Below are positions 1 to 6,835 of a stretch of 11,855 nucleotides of DNA, in pieces (the stretch's first letter is position 1; each line of letters begins with the position of its first letter). The notes beneath the pieces were generated by a model. It was not told the DNA's origin, ran no database searches, and saw only the letters and a list, made by a program, of their open reading frames with translations. The position numbers and the translations under genes were made by a program. Source of the stretch: an uncultured Chloroflexia bacterium (GTDB lineage: Bacteria > Chloroflexota > Anaerolineae > B4-G1 > SLSP01); contig CAVVUS010000005.1 in NCBI GenBank assembly GCA_963751345.1, forward strand, positions 1-11,855, written 5' to 3'.

Positions 1-29
1 CAGGCTCTGCATAGAGGAAGAAAGAGGAC

Positions 30-1229
30 GTGGCAGAGATTCGCCTGGAAGATGTCAGCAAGGTGTTCAAGTCCGGCACAGGTGGGCCAACATGGTCGGC
101 GGAAAGCGGACAACAGGGGATTTCGGCGCCGGCGACGGATCTCCCTGATTCCGGGGCGTCGGAGGATGTCCGTGCGCTCGACCACCTGAGCCTCGTGGTG
201 CCAGACGGCACCACGACCGTCGTCGTCGGCCCGTCAGGTTGCGGCAAGAGCACGCTGCTCAGAGTCGTCGCCGGCCTCACGGACTATGAGGGAACCGTCG
301 CCTACGATGGTCGCGACGTGTGCGGGGTCTCCCCCGGCGACCGCACCATCGGCATGGTCTTCCAAAGCTACGCCCTATACCCACATTTCCGCGGACGTGG
401 GAATCTCAGCTTCTTCTTCCAGGTGCATCACGCGCCGGATGCGGAGGCGGAGGAGCGCATTCGGGTGACCTCCGAGATGATGGGCATTGGATTCCAGGCG
501 CTCCTCAAGCGGAAGCCCGGCACCCTCTCCGGTGGACAGCAACAGCGGCTTGCCATAGCCCGTGCTTTGGTGCGACAACCTGAGCTTTTTCTCTTCGATG
601 AGCCCCTTTCGAACCTGGATGCCAAGCTGCGCGTCCGGACGCGCACGGAGATCAAGTGGTTGCTGCACAGATTTGGCATCACGGCGCTGTACGTCACGCA
701 CGACCAGACGGAAGCGATGGCCCTGGCTGACAGCATCGCGGTTATGCGAGCGGGCCGCATCGAGCAGGAGGGCAACTTCTGGCAGATACTGCAGGACCCG
801 ACGAATCTCTTCGTCGCCGGTTTTCTCGGCCAACCTCCGATGAACCTGATTGGCGCAGAGGTGTCCGGCGGCAGGTTCGTCATCGATCAGAGCCACGGCT
901 TTCCGATCCCGGCCGAGCTGGCTTCATCGGTGCACAACGGCCAGAGGATCACGATCGGCATCCGACCCGAGGCGGCTTCGGTCGTGCCGACCAACGATGG
1001 AGCCCCCGCTGCCGGGCCGACGTTCGTCGGCACCATAGACGTGGTGGAGCCCGATTTCGGCCGCCGGCAGCAGACGGCCTACGTCAGCGCCGGCGGCCTC
1101 GCGGTGAGCGTCCTAGCACCCCTGGACATGCGCCTCACTCAGGGCTATGACGTACGCGTGGTCCTCCCTGTGGAGGCGCTCTATTACTTCGATACAGATA
1201 GCGAACGGCGAATCGGACCCTCAGGTTAG
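30..1229 (+). CDS. Carbohydrate ABC transporter ATP-binding protein (MalK/UgpC/MsmX family)
   Basis: Walker A GPSGCGKST, Q-loop VFQSYALYPH, signature LSGGQQQR, Walker B FLFDEPLSNLD, H-switch YVTHDQ, then FVAGFLGQPPMN and GIRPE leading into a C-terminal TOBE-like region. A purine-rich RBS (GAGGA) precedes the GTG at 30. Confidence 0.93.
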   Translation: MAEIRLEDVSKVFKSGTGGPTWSAESGQQGISAPATDLPDSGASEDVRALDHLSLVVPDGTTTVVVGPSGCGKSTLLRVVAGLTDYEGTVAYDGRDVCGVSPGDRTIGMVFQSYALYPHFRGRGNLSFFFQVHHAPDAEAEERIRVTSEMMGIGFQALLKRKPGTLSGGQQQRLAIARALVRQPELFLFDEPLSNLDAKLRVRTRTEIKWLLHRFGITALYVTHDQTEAMALADSIAVMRAGRIEQEGNFWQILQDPTNLFVAGFLGQPPMNLIGAEVSGGRFVIDQSHGFPIPAELASSVHNGQRITIGIRPEAASVVPTNDGAPAAGPTFVGTIDVVEPDFGRRQQTAYVSAGGLAVSVLAPLDMRLTQGYDVRVVLPVEALYYFDTDSERRIGPSG

Positions 1230-1411
1230 CGTGCGGAGCAGCAGCCGAGTTGTACTACGCCATCCTGCATGACGTCGAGACGCACGGGATGGACATCTCC
1301 CATATGTACGCACGCCAGTCTCCCTCGCACGCGTCTCCCCAAACCAAGCGATCGTTTGCACCTTCTCCAATCGCACATCGCCCCCGCCAGACTACACCAC
1401 GGGCCACAGGC

Positions 1412-1420
1412 TGGTAGAAT
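1412..1420 (+). promoter_or_regulatory. Putative extended -10 promoter (TGgTAGAAT) for the 1521-5269 operon
   Basis: TG-n-TAGAAT lies in the intergenic region about 100 nt upstream of the 1521 start. No convincing -35. Confidence 0.45.
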
Positions 1421-1520
1421 ACGTAATCTCGTGGCAGGCGCGGTCAGTCAGCCGCTGTTTCATCTTTTCGGCCCAACAGCGGAACTAAGGCGGCAGTTCG
1501 GTGTTATGGAGGAGGTGAAT

Positions 1521-1979
1521 GTGAGCGACGTCCATAGCGACATTTGGCAGGCCCAAGCCACTCTAGCTCGGCAGCTCCTGCAATGGGGCCGCGTGAGCAT
1601 GGGTGCAGGCGCACTCATCCGCAGACTGCCCGACCGGTTCTATGCCGGCTTTGGGACGCAGGCCATCGGCTGGGGTGCCATCAACGCGACCATCGGCCGG
1701 CTTGGATTATCTCAGGCACGACGCCGATCCGGCGTCCCAGAAGTGCACACCCTACTCGAACAAAAGAGAGTCAGGTTGGCCCTGCGCCGGCTGCTGTGGA
1801 TCAACGTCGGTCTGGACGCCGGGTACGTTGCCGGCGGCCTCTCACTTGCCGCCAGAAAAGGACGCGGCAGTCGCTTCTCGAAGGGAACCGGATGGGGCAT
1901 CGCCGTTCAGGGCGCCTTCCTCCTGCTCTTTGATCTGGCCCACGCTCTGCTTATCGGTTCCGATCCGGAGGAGGCGTGA
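1521..1979 (+). CDS. Small membrane-associated hypothetical protein, DUF6992-like (152 aa)
   Basis: Strong RBS GGAGGTG (1511-1517) before the GTG at 1521, in frame with track ORF 1269..1979, whose upstream extension looks non-coding. Motifs Q-x-x-x-WGAI(N/D), LRRLLWINVGLDAGY and GWGIAVQGAFLLLFD resemble DUF6992 proteins (from memory, not searched). Confidence 0.65.
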   Translation: MSDVHSDIWQAQATLARQLLQWGRVSMGAGALIRRLPDRFYAGFGTQAIGWGAINATIGRLGLSQARRRSGVPEVHTLLEQKRVRLALRRLLWINVGLDAGYVAGGLSLAARKGRGSRFSKGTGWGIAVQGAFLLLFDLAHALLIGSDPEEA

Positions 1980-2995
1980 TGCTGCCGATCATCGCCAGCC
2001 AGATGTACCCCGAGGGCTACCACGGGCGCGGCCAGCGTCGGGCTTACTTCGAGGGTTGGTACTTCAAATTGGTGAATGCCGGCGGTCAGCACCGGTACGC
2101 GATCATACCCGGCATCTCATTGGGCGAACGTGGCGGCGGCCCACACAGCTTTGTCCAGGTACTGGACGGGGTCTCAGGCCAGACGGTCTACCGGCGATAC
2201 CCGGTGTCGGCGTTCTCCGCCCGGGAGCGGACACTCGACGTGCGTGTGGGCCCAAACCGGTTCTCCTGGCGAGGAATGGAACTTGACCTGCAGGAGACCG
2301 AAATTCCGCTCAAGGGTAACATTCGTTTCGACCGCCCCAAGCCATGGCCGGTGACCCTCGCATCGCCGGGCATTATGGGATGGTATGCCTGGGTCCCGCG
2401 TATGGAGTGCTACCACGGCGTCCTTAGCCTGGACCACGGTTTGAGTGGAAGCCTGAGCGCAGGATCGGCCACCTACGACTTCGGAAACGGACAGGGCTAC
2501 ATCGAGAAGGATTGGGGACAATCGTTCCCCTCCGGCTGGGTATGGACACAGTCCAACCACTTCAGCACGCCGGGCGTCTGTCTCACAGCCTCGATCGCGA
2601 TGATACCGTGGATCGGGCGAGCCTTCCCGGGGTTCATCATTGGCCTTTACCGCCGTGGCACACTGTACCGCTTCGCGACGTACACGGGAGCCAGGACAAC
2701 CCATCTGACCGTCGCCGACAACGCGATGCACTGGACTGTGGAGGACGCCCTCTATCGTCTCGAGATCGCGGGCCGCCGTGCGACGGTGGGCAGGCTGCGC
2801 GGGCCAAGCAAGGTCGACATGGGACGCCCTGTCCCCGAAACCCTCAGTGCCACCGTGGACGTGCGCATGGTCGCACGTCACACCGGGGCCACACTTTTCG
2901 AGGATACAGGCCGCTATGCGGGGATGGAGATCGGGGGGGATGTCGCCCCGCTGTTGACCACGCCGGCCCGGATGTCGGAATCCTCTGCATGGTAA
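1976..2995 (+). CDS. Tocopherol cyclase family protein
   Basis: YFEGWYFK, GIMGW, MECYHGVLSLDH and GYIEKDWGQSFPSGWVWTQSNHF are motifs typical of bacterial tocopherol-cyclase (VTE1-like) proteins. GGAGGAGG RBS at 1967-1974. The start is GTG 1976 or ATG 1979, and either overlaps the upstream TGA. Confidence 0.85.
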   Translation: MMLPIIASQMYPEGYHGRGQRRAYFEGWYFKLVNAGGQHRYAIIPGISLGERGGGPHSFVQVLDGVSGQTVYRRYPVSAFSARERTLDVRVGPNRFSWRGMELDLQETEIPLKGNIRFDRPKPWPVTLASPGIMGWYAWVPRMECYHGVLSLDHGLSGSLSAGSATYDFGNGQGYIEKDWGQSFPSGWVWTQSNHFSTPGVCLTASIAMIPWIGRAFPGFIIGLYRRGTLYRFATYTGARTTHLTVADNAMHWTVEDALYRLEIAGRRATVGRLRGPSKVDMGRPVPETLSATVDVRMVARHTGATLFEDTGRYAGMEIGGDVAPLLTTPARMSESSAW

Positions 2996-3771
2996 GCTGG
3001 CTCGCGGCCTTGCCCCAGCAGTTGACCCTGCCGGCCATCTATCTGATGATTGCCTGGCTTGCGGTGATGATCAGCCTCCCCACCCTCCAGGTACGTTGGG
3101 GAGAGAGAGCGCAGGTATGGTGCATCAACGCCGGCGTGCTACTTCAGGCCGCCACGGTAGTTGCCATCCTGATCCCCGCATGGGGTGTCGGGCCCTCGCT
3201 GCTCCTGCTTGTTTCCGTCGTGGTCCTGGCCTGGTCGGCGGAGTTCGTAGGCTTACACACGGGCTTCCCGTTCGGTAGGTATGCCTATACCGACCGGCTG
3301 CAGCCGCAGCTAGGCAAAGTGCCCGTGCAGATCCCGCTGGCGTGGCTGATGATGCTGCCTCCTGCGTGGGCGGTTGGCGGCGCGATCTCCGGCAGCCATC
3401 AAGGAGTGCTCTTCATCCTGGCGAGCGCGCTGGCGTTCACGGCCTGGGACCTGTTTCTGGACCCTCAGATGGTCGCATGGCACCTATGGACGTGGTCCGG
3501 GCCCGACGGTGAGCCGAAGCAAGGTGCAGGATTCTTCGGCGTTCCCTGGACCAACTACGCGGGATGGTTCGCCGTGTCCGCGCTTATGACGTGGGCGGTG
3601 GTCCAGATCATTCCATCCGCGGATACCCCGTGGGCAGCACTCAGCCTGATCTACGCACTCACCTGGCTGATGGAGAGTGTCGGACAAATCGTCATTTGGC
3701 CGCTCTACGGCCCTGCCATAGCCGGAGCCGTTGGGATGGGTCTCTGTCTTGTGGGGGCCATTATCATATGA
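2989..3771 (+). CDS. Carotenoid biosynthesis membrane protein (CruF-like carotenoid 1,2-hydratase family, PF04240-like), 260 aa
   Basis: Multi-TM hydrophobic protein with E-x-x-G-x-x-TGFPFGRYAY, VP-x-x-IPLAW, WDLFLDPQMV and FFGVPWTNYAGW motifs. The ATG at 2989 overlaps the cyclase stop. The track extension back to 2512 is a shadow of the cyclase gene. Confidence 0.85.
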   Translation: MVSWLAALPQQLTLPAIYLMIAWLAVMISLPTLQVRWGERAQVWCINAGVLLQAATVVAILIPAWGVGPSLLLLVSVVVLAWSAEFVGLHTGFPFGRYAYTDRLQPQLGKVPVQIPLAWLMMLPPAWAVGGAISGSHQGVLFILASALAFTAWDLFLDPQMVAWHLWTWSGPDGEPKQGAGFFGVPWTNYAGWFAVSALMTWAVVQIIPSADTPWAALSLIYALTWLMESVGQIVIWPLYGPAIAGAVGMGLCLVGAIII

Positions 3772-3784
3772 AAGGGAGTCAGCA

Positions 3785-5269
3785 TTGCATCGCATCGAAT
3801 TCGCCGATCTAACGCTGCGAGACGGGCAACAGAGCCTCGCAGCCACGAGGATGACCACGGCGCAGGCCACGGGCGTCCTCGACATCATCCGCCGCGTGGG
3901 CTACCAGGCTATTGAGCTTTGGGGCGGCGCGACATTGGACAGTTGTGTTCGCTTTCTCGACGAGGATCCCTGGGATCGCCTAGACGCGTTCCAGCGCGTG
4001 CTCCAGGAGCCCAAGAAACTACGGACGCTACTCAGGGGACAGAATCTCTTTGCCTACCAGCCCTTTCCCGACGATCTCGTGATCGCGTTCGTGCGAGAAG
4101 CGGTTCGTTCGGGCACAGGCCTCATACGCATCTTCGATGCGCTCAACGATTGGCGCAACCTCCAGATCGCGATGTTGGCCGTCAAAGCCTACGGGGGCGA
4201 GGTTGAGGCCGCCATGAGCTACACCGTCAGCCCCGTTCACACGACCGATTATTACGTGGCCCTTGGGCAGCGGCTGGAGGATGAGGGGGCGGATCGGGTC
4301 GTGGTGAAGGATATGGCGGGACTGCTGCGCCCTGCCGACGCCCTGGAGCTCTTTCATAGGCTCAAAGCTGCCCTCAAGGTACCGGTGGGCTTCCACGGGC
4401 ACACGACGACCGGACTTGCCACTCTGAATGCCGTGATTGCCATGCGGGAGGGGATCGACGTAATCGATACAGCGATCACACCCTTTGCCGGTGGCACCTC
4501 GCACCCGCCGGTAGAAGTCCTGATCGTTTTTGCAGAGGCCATGGGTATCGAGCACGGCCTCGACAAAGCGATGATCCTCAAGGCCCAGGCAGAGCTCTTC
4601 GATGCCTTCGAGCAGCTGGCACCTTTCATCTCAGATGACAACCGGACCCATCGCCCCATCTCGTATGCCGACGTCGACCGGCGGCGCGTCGACGAGATCC
4701 TGGCTTTGGTCGAAAAAGCTGAGGCGCAGGACTTGCGGCGCGCACGGGCGCTGATGCGTGACTTGCTTGGATCCCTGGGATACCCCGCTCACGATGACGA
4801 GATCCTCGACGCCCAGATCCCCGGCGGCATGCTGTCGAATCTCCACAACCAGCTGCAACAGATGGGGCAAGGGGCGCGGCTTGGCGAGATCCTAGAGGAG
4901 GTACCGCGGGTCCGCGCCGACGTCGGCTACGTTCCTCTCGTGACGCCCACCAGCCAAATCGTCGGCGCGCAGGCCACGTTCAACGTGATGATGGGGCGGT
5001 ACCAGATGGTCTCCAATGAGTTCAGGATGTTGTTGCGCGGTGAGTTTGGGCGAACGCCGGTGCCGGCAAATCCGGAGGTCGTACGCGAAGTTCTGGGCAG
5101 CGGCGAGGAGCCTATGCGCTACCGGCCCGCCTCCTACTTACACCCGGTGCTTGAGGACATCGCCATCGGCGATCTGCCGTTCATCAGGACCCAGCGGGAT
5201 TTGCTGCTCCACCTGATGCTAAAGCAGCCTGCCGACGAGTTTCTGTCGCGCAAATATGGGCTCTCGTAG
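3785..5269 (+). CDS. Pyruvate/oxaloacetate carboxyltransferase (PycB/OadA/transcarboxylase 5S-like; HMGL-like + PYC_OADA), no biotinyl domain, 494 aa
   Basis: Motifs DLTLRDGQQSL-x-ATRM, ELWGGAT, LLRGQNL, IRIFDALND, KDMAG, metal-binding H-x-H (FHGH), QIPGGMLSNL and PLVTPTSQIVG. TTG start at 3785 with GGGAG RBS at 3774-3778. No AMKM motif. Confidence 0.9.
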   Translation: MHRIEFADLTLRDGQQSLAATRMTTAQATGVLDIIRRVGYQAIELWGGATLDSCVRFLDEDPWDRLDAFQRVLQEPKKLRTLLRGQNLFAYQPFPDDLVIAFVREAVRSGTGLIRIFDALNDWRNLQIAMLAVKAYGGEVEAAMSYTVSPVHTTDYYVALGQRLEDEGADRVVVKDMAGLLRPADALELFHRLKAALKVPVGFHGHTTTGLATLNAVIAMREGIDVIDTAITPFAGGTSHPPVEVLIVFAEAMGIEHGLDKAMILKAQAELFDAFEQLAPFISDDNRTHRPISYADVDRRRVDEILALVEKAEAQDLRRARALMRDLLGSLGYPAHDDEILDAQIPGGMLSNLHNQLQQMGQGARLGEILEEVPRVRADVGYVPLVTPTSQIVGAQATFNVMMGRYQMVSNEFRMLLRGEFGRTPVPANPEVVREVLGSGEEPMRYRPASYLHPVLEDIAIGDLPFIRTQRDLLLHLMLKQPADEFLSRKYGLS

Positions 5270-5401
5270 AGACGCACCGGTGGCGCGTCTTCCTGGACGC
5301 CACGTGACCTGCGCACACAGTGATCCGGCCTGCGGTGTAGAACGCCGATCGGCGGTGGCTACGCTGCGTCCGCAAGACGGGGCGCCACCCCGTCTCTGCG
5401 A
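5264..5401. repeat. Cluster of GTAG-type REP-like palindromes (REPIN/BIME-like) between convergent genes
   Basis: GTAG-AGACGCACC-ggt-GGCGCGTCT (5266-5290). GTAG..CGCCGATCGGCG..CTAC (5337-5362). AGACGGGG-cgcca-CCCCGTCT-CTGC (5375-5399). The outer ends tcgtagagacg / cgtctctgcga are an inverted repeat matching at 10 of 11 positions. Confidence 0.5.
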
Positions 5402-5419
5402 CGGCCAGGGGCCGCGAGC

Positions 5420-6679
5420 TCAGTTGTTGGGCGTACCGAAGTCAGCGATGAAGTAATATCCAAAGCCGTTGCCCGGCACGACTCCCACCCCGACCTCTGT
5501 GAGGTAATCGCTCAGAATCGTCCGGCGATGGGGATCATTGGGAGGCGCCTCGTCCATCCACATGGCGACCGCGCGCTCCGCAGAACCGTACCAGGCCCAG
5601 CACTCCGACCATCGCACCGGGTCATACCCCTCGCGGATGATGCGGTCCCTATAACTTGAGCCATCCGAGCCGGTGTGTCCGCACCAACCCTGCGCCTCGC
5701 AATCATCGGCGTGCCGCTGTGCTGCGGAGGCAAGCGTGTCGTTCCACAGGAGCGCCGGAAGCCCGTAGGCGGCGCGCTGCTCGTTAAGCAGGCGGAAGAT
5801 CTCACCGGGTAGCGCGGCAAGATCCGGAGGCGGAGCAGGGGCACCCAGTTCGGGCGGCTCCGGTGCTTCCGTCGGGAGTGGATCGGGCGGAGCCTCGGGC
5901 ACTGCTGTCTCCTCGACGGCGGGCGGGTCGGCCTCCGCGTCCCCCTCAGTCACCGCGACAGAATTGGCCGCCAACAGGGATTCGGGCTCCGCCTGCGCGA
6001 CGGCTGCGAGCGTTGCTGTTGGTTCCGGAGCCGGTGCGACATCATCGGATGTGACGACGGACTTCGCGAGCAGATCAGCCGGAGAGCCGAGGGGGAGCAC
6101 GAGTTCCTGGCCCACCGAGATGAGATCTCCATCCAACGACGCGTTGGCGGCCTGCAGGTCACCCAAAGCCAGCCCATAGGCTGCAGCAATCTCACCCAGC
6201 GTCTCCCCGGATGTGACCTCATGCAGGATCCAGAACGGGGAGGCGTCGGGCCACGCCTGTGAGGGGGGGATCTCCAGCACCTGGTCCAGGCGCACCGTGG
6301 TGGCCTCTCCCAGATCGTTCTGCAATTGGACAGCGGCCATGGGCACATCGAACTGCATCGCGATGCCCAACAACGTGTCCCCCGGCTGCACCGTGTAGGA
6401 TGCTGCAGTCGCGATCTCGGCCGTGGGCTCTGCGGGCACCGCCGCCTCTGCCGGCGTCTCGACCGCGGTTGCGGCAGATGCACTCGCGGGATACGTCGGC
6501 GCCATCATTGGCTCGACCGCGACCGTGGGCGCCGCAGCCTGAAGCGCCCGCTCTTGCGGCACGGCATTCAGAGCGAGGCCAACCGGTTCAGTCGGCGTGG
6601 GAATTGGTGTTGAGGTCGTGGTCGCGCAAGCAGAGGCCGTAAGCATCACAAGCGCCAGGATGCACGCAGGGAGCTTCAC
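5420..6679 (-). CDS. Putative lipoprotein with two LysM domains and a C-terminal CAP (SCP) domain
   Basis: Signal peptide ending in a lipobox-like LTASAC, with Pro/Thr/Ala-rich linkers. LysM1 YTVQPGDTLLGIA...LEIP and LysM2 HEVTSGETLGEIA...GQELVLP. CAP domain LLNEQRAAYGL..L..N..L..AAQRHA..HTGSDGS..WM..HRRTIL..EVGVG. The start is GTG 6679 or GTG 6694. Confidence 0.85.
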   Translation of the reverse strand: MKLPACILALVMLTASACATTTSTPIPTPTEPVGLALNAVPQERALQAAAPTVAVEPMMAPTYPASASAATAVETPAEAAVPAEPTAEIATAASYTVQPGDTLLGIAMQFDVPMAAVQLQNDLGEATTVRLDQVLEIPPSQAWPDASPFWILHEVTSGETLGEIAAAYGLALGDLQAANASLDGDLISVGQELVLPLGSPADLLAKSVVTSDDVAPAPEPTATLAAVAQAEPESLLAANSVAVTEGDAEADPPAVEETAVPEAPPDPLPTEAPEPPELGAPAPPPDLAALPGEIFRLLNEQRAAYGLPALLWNDTLASAAQRHADDCEAQGWCGHTGSDGSSYRDRIIREGYDPVRWSECWAWYGSAERAVAMWMDEAPPNDPHRRTILSDYLTEVGVGVVPGNGFGYYFIADFGTPNN

Positions 6680-6762
6680 GCGGTGACCCTGCACCGGCGC
6701 ACTCGGCGTCGTACGCTCTGCCCCACCCGACCGTTGCTCATCGTTGCGCAGGACATAGGCCC

Positions 6763-6790
6763 ACTATACCCAGACAGCGGAGGAAGGCAA
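6763..6790 (-). promoter_or_regulatory. Putative sigma70-type promoter TTGCCT-16-TATAGT for the leftward (LysM-CAP) transcript
   Basis: -35 at 6790-6785 and -10 at 6768-6763. An ATG (6756) follows the -10 after 6 nt. Confidence 0.55.
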
Positions 6791-6801
6791 CTCACGGGTT
6801 G

Positions 6802-6829
6802 TTGTCTTTCCTGACGCGTTCCTTACAAT
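6802..6829 (+). promoter_or_regulatory. Putative sigma70-type promoter TTGTCT-16-TACAAT giving a leaderless rnhA transcript
   Basis: -35 at 6802-6807 and -10 at 6824-6829. The rnhA ATG at 6836 follows after 6 nt and there is no Shine-Dalgarno sequence. Confidence 0.6.
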
Positions 6830-6835
6830 ACGCCT

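Noticed and set aside
1269-1520. N-terminal extension of the DUF6992-like ORF
   Set aside because: A strong RBS and GTG at 1521 explain the gene. The upstream part holds promoter-like and repeat-like sequence.
2512-2988. Long N-terminal extension of the CruF-like ORF overlapping the cyclase gene
   Set aside because: The translation is Arg/Pro-rich with no motifs. The family-like hydrophobic sequence begins at ATG 2989, which is coupled to the cyclase stop.
1976-2995. Evidence for true vitamin E (tocopherol) biosynthesis
   Set aside because: No HPPD, homogentisate phytyltransferase or methyltransferase genes are in the window. Family membership alone does not establish the substrate.
3768-3812. 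ATGA-overlapping mini-ORF (MKGSQHCIASNSPI) or a frameshifted start for the carboxyltransferase
   Set aside because: An in-frame TTG at 3785 with a well-spaced GGGAG gives a normal N-terminus, so no frameshift is needed.
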